Shown one piece after another: positions 37,882 through 51,435 of a stretch of DNA of 64,000 bases (the stretch's first letter is position 1; every line of letters starts with the position of its first letter). A program made the translations under genes and the position numbers. The stretch is from Mustelus asterias. Taxonomy: Eukaryota. The stretch spans positions 372,001 to 436,000 of the forward strand of contig NW_027590173.1 in NCBI RefSeq assembly GCF_964213995.1, given 5' to 3'. The notes beneath the pieces are model-generated. The model did not search any database and was not told where the DNA came from. It saw nothing but the letters and a program-made list of their open reading frames with translations.

Positions 37882-40800
37882 CAAGAACAAAGAACAATAC
37901 AGCACAGGAACAGGCCCTTCGGCCCTCCAAGCCCGTGCCGCTCCCTGGTCCAAACTAGACCATTCTTTTGTATCCCTCCATTCCCACTCCGTTCATATGG
38001 CTGTCTAGATAAGTCTTAAACGTTCCCAGTGTGTCCGCCTCCACCACCTTGCCTGGCAGCGCATTCCAGGCCCCCACCACCCTCTGTGTAAAATATGTCC
38101 TTCTGATATCTGTGTTAAACCTCCCCCCCTTCACCTTGAACCTATGAGCCCTCGTGGACGTCACCACCAACCTGGGGAAAAGCTTCCCACCGTTCACCCT
38201 ATCTATGCCTTTCATAATTTTATACACCTCTATTAAGTCTCCCCTCATCCTCCGTCTTTCCAGGGAGAACAACCCCAGTTTACCCAATCTCTCCTCATAG
38301 CTAAGCCCCTCCATACCAGGCAACATCCTGGTAAACCTCCTCTGTACTCTCTCCAAAGCCTCCACGTCCTTCTGGTAGTGTGGCGACCAGAACTGGATGC
38401 AGTATTCCAAATGCGGCCGAACCAACGTTCTATACATCTGCAACATCAGACCCCAACTTTTATACTCTATAAAGTCCTATAAAGGCAAGCATGCCATATG
38501 CCTTCTTCACCACCTTCTCCACCTGTGACTCACCTTCAAGGATCTGTGGACTTGCACACTCAGGTCCCTCTGCGTATCTACACCCTTTATGGTTCTGCCA
38601 TTTATCGTATAGCTCCTCCCTACATTATTTCTACCAAAATGCATCGCTTCGCATTTATCAGGATTGAACTCCATCTGCCATTTCTTTGCCCAAATTTCCA
38701 GCCTATCTATATCCTTCTGTAGCTTCTGACAATGCTCCTCACTATCTGCAAGAACATAAGAACATAAGAAATAGGAGCAGGAGTAGGCCATCTGGCCCTT
38801 CGAGCCTGCCCCGCCATTCAACAAGATCATGGCTGATCTGAAGCGAATCAGTTCCACTTACCCGCCTGCTCCCCATATCCCCTAATTCCCTTATCGATCA
38901 GAAAACTATCTACCCGTGATTTAAACATATTCAACAAGGAAGCCTCCACCACTTCAATGGGCAGAGAATTCCAGAGATTCACTACCCTCTGAGAGAAGAA
39001 GTTCCCCCTCAACTCTGTTCTGAACCGGCCCCCCCTTATTTTGAGGCTGTGCCCTCTAGTTCTGGTTTCCCTTCTAAGTGGAAAGAATCTCTCCACCTCT
39101 ACCCTATCCAGCCCCTTCATTATCTTATATGTCTCTATAAGATCACCCCTCATCCTTCTAAACTCCAATGAGGACAGACCCAATCTGTTTAATCTCTCCT
39201 CATAAGCTACACCCCTCATCTCCGGTATCAATCTGGTGAAACTTCTTTGCACTCCCTCCAAGGCCAATATATCCTTTCGCAAATAAGGGGACCAAAACTG
39301 CACACAGTACTCCAGTTGCGGCCTCACCAGTGCCTTGTACAGTTGCAGCAAGACCTCCCTGCTTTTATATTCTATCCCCCTCGCGATAAAGGCCAACATT
39401 CCATTCGCCTTCTTGATCACCTGCTGCACCTGCAGACTGAGTTTTTGCGATTCGTGCACAAGGACCCCCAGGTCCCTCTGCACAGTTGCACGATGTAATT
39501 TTTCTCCATTTAAATAATATTCCAATTTACTATTATTTCTTCCAAAGTGGATAACCTCACATTTGCTAACGTTATATTCCATCTGCCAGATCCTCGCCCA
39601 CTCGCTCAGCCTATCCAAATCTCCCTGCAGACTTTCCGCGTCCTCCACGCAATTCGCTTTCCCACTCACCTCCGTGTCATCAGCAAACTTGAATACCCTA
39701 GATTCAGTCCCCTCCTCCAGATCATCTATGTAAATGGTAAACAATTGAGGCCCCAGCACCGATCCCTGCGGCACGCCACTGGTCACCAACTGCCAACCAG
39801 AAAAGCACCCATTTATCCCAACTCTCTGCTTCCTGTTAGATAGCCAATCCCCAATCCACGCCAACACCTTACCCCTAACTCCGTGTACCCCAATCTTCTG
39901 CAGCAACCTTTTGTGAGGCACCTTATCGAACGCCTTCTGGAAATCTAAAAACACCACATCCACCGGTTCCCCTCTGTCAACCGCACTAGTGACATCTTCA
40001 TAAAAGTCCAGTAGATTCGTCAAACACGACTTTCCCTTCATGAATCCATGCTGCGTCTGCTTGATCGAACCATTCTTATTCAGGTGCTCTGTTATTTCCT
40101 CTTTAATAATGGACTCTAGCATCTTCCCAACTACGGACGTTAAGCTAACCGGCCTGTAGTTACCCGCCTTTTGTCTACTTCCTTTTTTAAACAGCGGCGT
40201 AACAGTAGCTGTTTTCCAGTCAGCCGGCACTACCCCAGAGTCCAGCGAATTTTGATAAATTACCACTAACGCATCTGCTATTACCTCAGCCATTTCTTTC
40301 AGTACCCTGGGATGCATTCCATCCGGGCCCGGGGACTTGTCTACCTTCAGTCCTATTAGTCTACCAAGCACCACCTCCTTAGTAACAGTAATTGTATTAA
40401 GGACCCCCCCTCCCACCAACTCTCGATCTCTAATATTCGGCAAACTATTTGTGTCTTCCACCGTGAAGACCGACACAAAGGACTTCTTTAAAGTCTCAGC
40501 CATTTCCTCGTTTTCCACTATTAAATCCCCCCTCTCATCTTCCAAGGGTCCAACATTCACTCTAGCCACTCTATTCCTTTTTATATACTTGTAAAAACTT
40601 TTACTATCATTTTTTATATTTTGAGCTAGTTTAGTTTCATAATCCATCTTTCCTTTCTTAATCGCTTTCTTAGTCGTTCTTTGTTTTTCTTTAAAGCTTT
40701 CCCAATCCACTAATTCTCCACTATTTTTGGCCACTCTGTACGCATCTGATTTTATTTTAATACTCTCCTTTATTCCCTTCGTTATCCACGTCCGGTTATC

Positions 40801-41135
40801 CTTTTTCTTACAGTCCTTCTTTATCACCGGAATATATGTTTGCTGAGTACTTAAAAAATCTCCTTAAAAATCCTCCACTGTTCCTCAGCTGTCCTACGTA
40901 CCAGTCCTGCCAATTTTGTGTCGTCCGCAAACTTACTGATCACCCCAGTTACACCTTCTTCCAGATCGTTTATATAAATCACAAACAGCAGAGGTCCCAA
41001 TACAGAGCCGTGCGGAACACCACTAGTCACAGGCCTCCAGCCTGAAAAAGACCCTTCCACTTCCACCTCTGTGTTCTGTGACCAAGCCAGTTCTCCACCC
41101 ATCTAGCCACCTCCCCCTTTATCCCATGAGATCCA
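37882..41135 (-). mobile_element. CR1 LINE fragment hosting a nested CR1
   Basis: RT reading [11 protein letters not shown] (to about 40900) resumes as ADSEEHCQKLQ at about 38750. Confidence 0.85.
38750..40835 (-). mobile_element. Young nested CR1 LINE, 5'-truncated, uninterrupted 659-aa RT frame
   Basis: ORF 38848-40827 with full RT motifs; (ttcttatg)n tail. Confidence 0.95.
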
Positions 41136-41858
41136 ATAGATAGTGTGGAATTAACCCTCTCTCAATCTATTACTGTGCATCAGTGTCCAATTAACTGTCT
41201 CAATCTATTACGGTGCGACAGTGCAATGAACTCTTTCACAATCCATTACTGTGTGTTAGTGAGGAATTAAAACTCTCTCAATCAATTACTATGTGTGAGT
41301 GTGGAATTAACTCCCAATCTATTACTGTGTTTGAGTGTGGAATTGACTCTCTCTCAATCTGTTACTGTGTGAAAGTGTGGAATTAACTCATACAGCAATA
41401 GGTTGAGAGTTAATTCCACACTGATACACAGCAATAGATTGAATCAGTGTGGAATTAACTCTCTCTCAATCTATTACTGTGTGGCAGTGTGGAATTAACT
41501 CTCTCAATCTATTAGTGTGGGAATGTGGAATTATCTCTCTCTCAATCTATTAGTGTGTGTCAGTGTGGAATTAACTCCCAATCTATAACTGTGTGAGAGT
41601 GTGTAATTCTTGCTCTCAATCTATTACTGTGTGTACGTGTGGAATTATCTCTCTCTCAATCTATTGCTGTGCGTCAGTGTGGAATTATCTCTCTCTCAAT
41701 CTATTGCTGTGTGTCAGTGTGGAATTAACTGTCTCAATCTATTACAGTGTGACAGTGCAACTAAGTCTCTCGCAATCTATTAGTGTATGAGTGTGTGGAA
41801 TTAACTCTCTCTCAATCTCATACTGTATGTGAGTATGGAATTAACACACTCTCAACCT

Positions 41859-41930
<72 letters not shown>

Positions 41931-42467
41931 AATTAACTCTCAATCTATTACAGTGCGAGAGTGTGGAAATAACTCTCTCTCTGATCTATTACTGTGTGTT
42001 AGTGTGGAATTAACTCTCAATCTATTACTATGCATGAATGTGGAATTAACTCTCCCTCGATCTATTACAGTGTGTCAGTGTGGAATTAACTCTGTCTCAA
42101 TCTATTATTGTGTGTGAGCATGGAATTAACTCTGCATCTATTCCTGTGTGTGAATGTGGAATTAACTCTCTCCCAATCTATTACAGTGTGAGAGTGTTGA
42201 ATTAACTCTCTCTCAATTACTATGTGAGAGTGTGGAATTAACTCTCTCTCATTCTAGTATTGTGTGTGGAATTAACTCCCTCTCTATCACTTAGTGTGAG
42301 TGTGTGGAATTAACTCTCTCTCAATTTATTACTGTGTGTGAGCGTGGAATTAACTCCCAATCTATTACTGTGCATGAATGTGGAATTAACTCTCTCTCAA
42401 TCTATTAGTGTGTGTCAGTGTGGAATTAACTCTCTCTCAATCTATTGCTGTGTGTCAGTGTGGAATT

Positions 42468-44205
42468 AAGAACAAAGAACAAAGAAAATTACAGCACAGG
42501 AACATGCCCTTCGGCACTGCACCGACCTTGCTGCCCAACTGAACTAAAACCCCCGACCCTTCCAGGGACCATATCCCACTATTCCCATCCTATTCATGTA
42601 TTTGTCCAGACGCACCATAAAACTCACTATTGTATCTGCTTCAACCACCTTCCCCAGCAGTGAGTTCCAGGCACCCACCACCCTCTGTGTAAAAAACTTG
42701 CCTCATACATCTCCTTTAAACCTTGCCCCTTGCACCTTAAACCAATGCCCCCCAGTAATTGACTCTTCCACCCTGGGGAAAAAGCTTCTGACTATCCACT
42801 CTGTCCATGCCCCTCATAATCTTGTAGCCTTCCATCAGGTCGCCGCTCAACCTCTGTCGTTCCAGAGAGAACAAACCAAGTTTCTCCAACCTCTCCTCAC
42901 AGCTAATATCCTCCATACCAGCCAACATCCTGGTAAGTCTTTGCTGTACCCTCTCCAAAGTCTCCACATCCTTCTGGGAGTGTGGCAACCAGAATTGAAA
43001 ACTATATTCCAAATGCAGCCTAACTAAGATTCTATAAAGCTGCAACATGACTTGCCAATTTTTAAACTCAATCCCCCGGCCGATGAAGGTAAGCATGCCG
43101 TATGCCTTCTTGACTACCTTCTCCACCTACATTGCCACTTTCAGTGACCTATATACCTGTACACCCAGATCCCTTTGCCTATCAATACTCCTAAGGGTTC
43201 TGCCATTGACTGTATATTTCCTATCTGTATTAGACCATCCAAAATGCATTACCTCACATTTGTCTGGATTAAACTAAACTCCATCTGCCATCTCTCCGTC
43301 CAAGCCCCCAACCTATCTATATCCTGCTGTATCCTCTGATGGTGCTCATCGCTATCAGCAAATCCACCAACCTTTGTGTTGTTCGCAAACTAACTAATCA
43401 AACCAGTTGCATTTTCCTCCAAATCAGTTATATATATATATTACGAACAGCAAAGGTCCCAGCACTGATCCCTGAGGAACGCCAATTGTCACAGTCCTCC
43501 ATTCAGAATCGCACCCTTCCACTGCTACCCTCTGTCTTCTATGACCAAGCCAGTTCTGTATCCACCTTGCCAGCTCACCTCTGATCCCTTGCGACTTCAC
43601 CTTCTGCACCATTCTGCCATGCGGGACCTTGTCAAAGGCCTTACTGAAGTCCATGTAGACAACATCCACTGCCCTACCCTCATCAATCATCTTCGTCACT
43701 TCCTCAAAAAACTCGATCAAGTTAGTGAGACATGACCAGCCCTTCACAAAACTATATTGCCTCTCGCAAATACATCCACTAATTTCCAAGTGGCAGTAAA
43801 TCCTGTAGCCAGTGAGGATACAAACATTTCTCTCAAGGCCCCAGCAATTTCCTCCCTTGCCTCTCCCAGTATTTTGGGGTATGTCCCATCAGGCCCTGGG
43901 GACTTGTCTACCTTAATATTCCTCAAGAACCCCAACACTTGATCTCAACATGACTCGAACTATCGACACACCCTTTCCCAGATTCATTATCCACCAAGTC
44001 CTTCTCTTTGGTGAATACTGACACAATGAACTCATTGAATACCTCACCCATTTCCTCTGGCTCCACGCATAGATTTCCTCCTTTGTCCTTGAGTGGGCCA
44101 ACCCTCTCCCTGGCTATCCTCTTGCTCTTTATATATGTATAAAAAGCCTTGGTATTTTCCTTAATCCTGCTGGGCAATGATTTTTTGTGACCCCGTTTAG
44201 CCCTA
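42468..44205 (-). mobile_element. CR1 LINE fragment
   Basis: YMDFSKAFDKVPH, GVPQGSVLGP. Confidence 0.92.
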
Positions 44206-44269
44206 TATTATCTCTCTCTCCGATCTATTACTGTGTGCCAATGTGGAATTAACTCTCCCTCAATCTATT

Positions 44270-45425
44270 AAGACCATAAGACCATAAGACATAGGAGCGG
44301 AAGTAAGGCCATTCGGCCCATCGAGTCCACTCCACCATTCAATCATGGTTGATTTCAACTCCATTTACCCGCTCTCTCCCCATAGCCCTTAATTCCTCGA
44401 GAAATCAAGAATTTATCAATTTCTGTCTTGAAGACGCTCAACGTCTCGGCCTCCACAGCCCTCTGTGGCAATGAATTCCACAGACCCACCACTCTCTGGC
44501 TGAAGAAATTTCTCCTCATCTCTGTTCTAAAGTGACTCCCTTTTATTCTAAGGCTGTGCCCCCGCGTCCTAGTCTCCCCTGTTAATGGAAACAACTTCCC
44601 TACGTCCATCCTATCTAAGCCGTTCATTATCTTGTAAGTTTCTATCAGATCTCCCCTCAACCTCCTAAACTCCAATGAATATAATCCCACGATCCTCAGA
44701 CGTTCATCGTATGTCAGGCCTACCATTCCTGGGATCATCCGTGTGAATCTCCGCTGGACCCGCTCCAGTGCCAGTATGTCCTTCCTGAGGTGTGGGGCCC
44801 AAAATTGCTCACAGTACTCCAAATGGGGCCTAACCAGTGCTTTATAAAGCCTCAGAAGTACATCCCTGCTTTTGTATTCCAAGCCTCTTGAGATAAATGA
44901 CAACATTACATTTGCTTTCTTAATTACGGACTCAACCTGCAAGTTTACCTTTAGAGAATCCTGGACTAGGACTCCCAAGTCCCTTTGCACTTTAGCATTA
45001 TGAATTTTGTCACCGTTTAGAAAATAGTCCATGCCTCTATTCTTTTTTCCAAAGTGTACGACCTCGCACTTGCCCACGTTGAATTTCATCAGCCACTTCT
45101 TGGACCACTCTCCTAAACTGTCTAAATCTTTCTGCAGCCTCCCCACCTCCTCAATACTACCTGCCCCTCCACCTATCTTTGTATCATCGGCAAACTTGGC
45201 CAGAATGCTCCCAGTCCCGTCATCTAGATCGTTAATATATAAAGAGAACAGCTGTGGCCCCAACACTGAACCCTGCGGGACACCACTTGTCACCGGTTGC
45301 CATTCTGAGAAAGAACCTTTTATCCCAACTCTCTGCCTTCTGTCTGACAGCCAATCGTCAATCCATGTTAGTACCTTGCCTCGAATACCATGGGCCCTTA
45401 TTTTACTCAGCAGTCTCCCGTGAGG
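44270..45425 (-). mobile_element. CR1 LINE 3' fragment, open 312-aa frame
   Basis: ORF 44355-45293; (tcttatgg)n tail. Confidence 0.95.
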
Positions 45426-46479
45426 CAGCGTGGAATTAACTCTCTCTCTCTATCTATTATTGTGTCCGTGTGCAATTAACTCTCTCAATCTATTTTTGTG
45501 TCCGAGTGTGGAATTAACTCTCTCAATTTATTACTGTGTGAAAGTGTGGAATTAACTCTCTCTCAATCTATTACTGTGTGTGAGCATTGAATTAACTCAC
45601 TCTCAATCTATTCCTGTGTCAGTGTGGAATTCACTCTCTCACAATCTATTACTGCGTGTACGTGTGGAATTAACTCCCTCTCAATCTGTTGCTGTGTGAG
45701 AGCATGGAATTAACTCTCAATCTATTCCTGTGTGTGAATGTGGAATTGACTCTCTCTCAATCTATTACGGTGTGAGAATGTAGAATTAACTCTCTCTCAA
45801 TCTATTTCAGTGTCAGTGTGGAATTAACTCTTTCTGAATCTATAACTGTGTGGGAACATAGAATAACTCCCTCTCAATCTAATGCTGTGTGTGGGTGTGG
45901 AATTAACTCTCTCTCAATCGATTAGTGTGTCTGAATGTGGAATTAACTCTCTCTCAATCTATTACTGTGCATGAGTGTGGAATTAACATTTTCTCAATCT
46001 ATTACTGTGTGAGAGTGTGGAATTAACGCTGTCAGCCATTCTCTGTTCATGTGTTTCAGTATGGAATTACATCAGTTCGTCTATATTAGTGAATGCGAGG
46101 ATGGAATTAAATCTGTATTTGTTATTCACTATTACTGAATGTGAGTGGGACATTAACTCTCTGTTCATCGCTGTTATAGCATGTGAGAATGGAATTAACT
46201 GTCAGTCTTGGTTATTGTGTATGAATGTAGCATTAACTCTTGCTCAGTAGAATTGAATGTGGAATTAACTCTGTCTGTGTTACTGTATGTTAGTGTGGAA
46301 TTGATTCTCTAACCTTTAATCACCATCACTGGATTTATGTTTGCAATTACCGTTGTGGCAATCTGTTACCGCATCTGAATGTGTAATTCACTCCCTATCT
46401 ATCAATAATAATGTGTGAAATTATCTCACTGTCTGTCAGTCTCTCTTACTGCATGGAAGTGGGTCACTGTCAGCTTAGC

Positions 46480-47360
46480 AAACTGCTGCTTGCAGAGAGC
46501 CACATGGATCAGTGCTGGGTTCTCAGCTATTTACAATCTGTACTAATGGCCCAGGTGAAGGGACAGACCATCACCAAATTTTCAGACAATACATAAATAG
46601 GTGGGGAAGTAGGTTGTGAGGAGGACACAAAGAGTCTGTAAGGAGATATAGCGAGGTTAAGTGAATGGACACAAATTTGTCAGGTAGGATACAATGCAGG
46701 AAAATGTGAGACTTTCCACTTCAGTGGGAAGGATGGGAAGGCAGAACATTATTTAAATAGAGAGGGAGATACAGCAGATTGATCCAGAAAAGAAGGAAAT
46801 AACTGTAATAAGTATATATGTGGAGTATCAAAGTAGGGAAATGTTGCTACAAATACATGATATTGCTGAGTTTAAAGGTTTTCTCTGATTTAAAGAGGGA
46901 AATACTTGTCTTGGAAGCAGTGAAGATTCACTCGGCTGATTGCTGAGATATCTTCTGAGGAAAGTTCAATCAATGAGCCGATCTCAGAAGTTGAGAAGAA
47001 TGAGAGATGATCAGATTGAAACATTGAAGGATCTGAGGGAATTGGACAGGGTAGATATTGAGAGGAATGTTTTCATTTGTGGGCAAAATTAAAACAAGAG
47101 GACACAGTTTAAAAATAAAGTATGTCCCACTTAAGATGGAGATGAGAAGAAATTTCTCCTCTCAAAATGTACTTAATTTGTGGAATTTAATAGATTCCAT
47201 CCTAAGTTAGAAAGAGTTTTGATCTACACGAGAGACAGGGTTATGGGGCAGGCAATTAAATGGAGTTGAGGCCATAATCACATTAACCATGATCTTACCG
47301 AGTGGTGGGGCAACCCTAAAGAACAAATTGCCTTCTGCTGCTCCTGCTTCTTATGTTCTG
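46480..47360 (+). mobile_element. Old decayed CR1 fragment
   Basis: Degenerate RT C-terminus and ttcttatg tail. Confidence 0.7.
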
Positions 47361-48464
47361 ATTTGATGTCAATGTGGGACTAACTCACTGTCTGTTAGGC
47401 TCTGTTCCAGTATTTCAGTGTGAAATTAACACAAGTTTGATACTGCATATGAGTGCAGAACTGATTTGCTATCCATTACTTATTTTATATGAGAGTGCAA
47501 TGTCTCTGCCAGTCTCTGTTCCTGTACAGGAAATTTTGATGAGAAATGTTTGGGCTCGACTGGTCTCAAATGAACTCAGGGTTAAACCCATCAGCTTTTC
47601 CTTCATCAACACTCCAGTTCACAGCCAGCCAACAAGAACGTACCTTCACAGAACATCCACCTTCATTCCAAAGGGTTCTTCATTTGTCTATTTCAGGCCT
47701 CAGTTTTCTGAACAGCTGCAATATTTCACCGGTAAAATCATGTGGACACTGAACATCTGAAACAAAGTGAAAATTCTGGAATGACTCAACAGGTCAGGCA
47801 GGTCAGAGAGAAACAGAGTTCATGTTTCAGCTCTCTGACAATTGACTTGCAATAATACACTTACTGATGTCTGTGAATGGCAGCAGGCATTAATTCCCAC
47901 ATGAGGAATTAATGGTGTAGTGGTATTGTCACTGGACCAGTGATCCAGAATAATGCAATGGGACCTGAATATCACCACAACAGAGAGTGACATTTGAGCT
48001 CAATAAACAACTGGAATTAAAGGTCTAATGATGGCCATGTCATAAAAACCCACTTGATTCACTGATGTCCCTTTCGACAAGCAAATCTGCCTCTTCTGGC
48101 CTACATGTGACTCCAGACACACAGCAATGTGTTTGACTCTTAAATGCCCTCTGAAATGGCCTAACAAGCCACTCAGTTCAAAGGTAATTAGTGCAATGAA
48201 TGCTGGCCAAGCCAGTGACGCACATATCACATGAATGAATAAAAATAATTCTCTGCACCCAGAAAGCGCTCTATCCAACACACTGACTTGCCCAGGCACT
48301 GAGAGTGGGCATGCTGCCCAGGGGCAGCTGCAGGGCAATCGGTGGTGGAACTTTCCCCACTGCCACTTGTCTCCAATTCCACCAAGCTGCCTGTGTCCTT
48401 TTGAAGTTTCCCACTTTCCTCCTCACAGCTGCCAATGCCTCCAAGTTTGGTGGCGTGTGGAAAT

Positions 48465-49412
48465 GAAGAACAAAGAACAGTACAGCACAGGAAACAGGCC
48501 CTTCGGCCCTCCAAGCCTGTGCCGCTCCATGGTCCAACTAGACCAATCGTTTGTATCCCTCCATTCCCAGGCAGCTCATGTGACTATCCAGGTAAGTCTT
48601 AAACGATGTCAGCGTGCCTGCCTCCACCACCCTACTTGGCAGCGCATTCCAGGCCCCCACCACCCTCTGTGTAAAAAACGTCCCTCTGATATCTGAGTTA
48701 TACTTCGCCCCTCTCACCTTGAGCCCGTGACCCCCTCGTGATCGTCACCTCCGACCTGGGAAAAAGCTTCCCACTGTTGACCCTATCTATACCCTTCATA
48801 ATCTTGTACACCTCTATTAGATCTCCCCTCATTCTCCGTCTTTCCAGGGAGAACAACCCCAGTTTACCCAATCTCTCCTCATAGCTAAGACCCTCCATAC
48901 CAGGCAACATCCTGGTAAACCTTCTCTGCACTCTCTCTAACGCCTCCACGTCCTTCTGGTAGTGCGGCGACCAGAACTGGACGCAGTACTCCAAATGTGG
49001 CCTAACCAGCGTTCTATACAGCTGCATCATCAGACTCCAGCTTTTATACTCTATACCCCGTCCTATAAAGGCAAGCATACCGTATGCCTTCTTCACCACC
49101 TTCTCCACTGTGTTGCCACCTTCAAGGATTTGTGGACTTGCACACCTAGGTCCCTCTGTGTTTCTGTACTCCTGATGACTCTGCCATTTATTGTATAACT
49201 CCTCCCTCCATTATTTCTTCCAAAATGCATCACTTCGCACTTATCCGGATTAAACTCCATCTGCCACCTCTCCACCCAATTTTCCAGCCTATCTATATCC
49301 TGCTGTATTGCCCGACAATGCTCTTCGCTATCCGCAAGTCCAGCCATCTTCGTGTCATCCGCAAACTTGCTGATTACACCAGTTACACCTTCTTCCAAAT
49401 CATTTATATATA
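48465..49412 (-). mobile_element. CR1 LINE 3' fragment
   Basis: KFADDTKMAGLADSEEH, RPHLEYCVQFWSP. Confidence 0.93.
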
Positions 49413-49577
49413 TCACTCAAATGTTGAGCTTGTGTCCTGTACACCAAGGTGTGTGTCATTAATATATATCAGGAAGAGCAGGGCTCCGAACACCGAGCCC
49501 TGGAAAACTCCACTGGAAACCTTCCTCCAGTCTGAAACACAACCATTAACCACTGCTCTCTGTTTCCTCTCACTCAC

Positions 49578-49860
49578 ACTGTTCCATATGGGGCGGTGAG
49601 GATGGCCTCGCTGCACCATCCGCTTCATGGTGCCGCGCCGCCGGCTCCCTCGCCGCACGTCCGCCGAGCCCGGCGGCTTTGATTCGGGCTCTGAGAGCCG
49701 CTGAGACTCGCCGCTGTTCCGCCTGCACAGTTCCGCTCAGCTTCCGGGAGCTGCTCCGCGCAGACAGGCGGCCTCCGGGGCGGAGCCTCCCGACGCCTGC
49801 GCAGTGCGGATCATTCTGAATGAGATAGACCGTCTTCACGTTCGCGGCGCATCTTGGGTT
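49578..49860 (-). promoter_or_regulatory. CpG island with a putative first exon of an unidentified gene
   Basis: CpG-rich; GC box and TGCGCA; Kozak-like GGCACCATGA; GTGAGT donor at 49577-49572. Confidence 0.5.
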
Positions 49861-50811
49861 ACACTGCCCACCATTTCATGGAATAATACAGCATATGGGG
49901 TTATAGTTAAACTCATCGGAATTCTGCCAGAGATTTCGTAGCGAATCCGTCCCATTTCCTCTTTATGCCCTAAAATTCGCCCTTTAAAACGTTTTTTCTC
50001 CAACTGCTCTTTGAAAAAATGTTGCATTAGATTCCCCAGTTTTTTAGACAGCGTATTCAGGATTCACAGAAACTAGCGACCTATGTAAGTTAACATGTGT
50101 TTGCTCACAATATCGTTACTTTTTTAACAAATCATAATGAATCAGTGTCCTCATGTAACAGGAACAATTTATGCCAATTTACTCTATTAAAGCTGCCAAT
50201 GATTTTGAACACCTCCATGAAAACTCCTGTTAACAAAGAACAAAGAACAGTACAGCACAGGAAACAGGCCCTTCGGACCTCCAAGCCTGTGCCGCTCCTT
50301 GGTCCAACTAGACCAATCGTTTGTATCCCTCCATTCCCAGGCTGCTCATGTGACTATCCAGGTAAGTCTTAAACGATGTCAGCGTGCCTGCCTCCACCAC
50401 CCTACTTGGCAGTGCATTCCAGGCCCCCACCACCCTCTGTGCAAAAAACGTCCCTAACGTGCCTGCAGACATCAAAAAATATGAATGCTGGAAGTACAAA
50501 CTTAATTTTGAAAATCTGGATGTACACAACAAGTATGCACCTGCGGGGGTAAATAGTGACCAGGTTTAAACTTTCAGATCAACATCCTTTCATCAGCACT
50601 GGTGAAAGTTACAAATGTGATCGAAGACTTTAAGAAAATGCTACGGAGAACGGCAGATGGCAAAAAAAACCAAAAGGGAGGTTTGTGATTGTGTGCAACA
50701 CACACGCATAAAATGGCAAACAGTCTAAAGGAAATAGTAAGAGTACAAGTAAAGATAGTGAGCACTGTGTCGTCAAGAGGGGTGCATGAGTTCCATTGGA
50801 GCACTAGAGAA

Positions 50812-51435
50812 GATGTCCCGAGGCATGGTACATTGGGGAAACTATGCAGACGCTGCGACAACGGATGAATGAACACCGCTAGACAATCACCAGGCAAGAC
50901 TGTTCTCTTCCTGTTGGGGAGCACTTCAGCGGTCATGGGCATTCGGCCTCTGATATTCGGGTAAGCGTTCTCCAAGGCGGCCTTCGCGACACACGACAGC
51001 GCAGAGTCGCTGAGCAGAAACTGATAGCCAAGTTCCGCACACACGAGGACGGCCTCAACCGGGATATTGGGTTCATGTCACACTATTTGTAACTCCCACA
51101 GTTGCGTGGACCTGCAGAGTTTCACTGGCTGTCTTGTCTGGAGACAATACACATCTTTTTAGCCTGTCTTGATGCTCTCTCCACTCCCATTGTTTTGTCT
51201 CTTAAAGACTTGATTAGTTGTAAGTATTCGCATTCCAACCATTATTCATGTAAATTGAGTCTGTGTCTTTATAAGCTCTGTTTGTGAACAGAATTCCCAC
51301 TCACCTGAAGAAGGGGCTAAGAGTTCCGAAAGCTTGTGTGGCTTTTGCTACCAAAAAAACCTGTTGGACTTTAACCTGGTGTTGTTAAACTTCTTACTGT
51401 GTTTACCCCAGTCCAACGCCGGCATCTCCACATCA
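50812..51435 (+). mobile_element. Penelope-like element 3' part (GIY-YIG end)
   Basis: Same sequence family as 11250-11870; CTGAAGA...GAAAGCTT motif. Confidence 0.88.

Larger units (their letters stand above)
32030..46330. repeat. Degenerate ~35-bp minisatellite array interrupted by LINEs
   Basis: Many GTGTGGAATTAACTCTCTCTCAATCTATTACTGT-like units; (GT)n at about 41865-41928. Confidence 0.95.

Noticed and set aside
38848-40827. Autonomous LINE or domesticated RT gene
   Set aside because: 5'-truncated; lacks endonuclease, ORF1 and a proper start
32030-46330. CRISPR-like repeat spacing
   Set aside because: Eukaryotic degenerate satellite; no unique spacers and no cas genes
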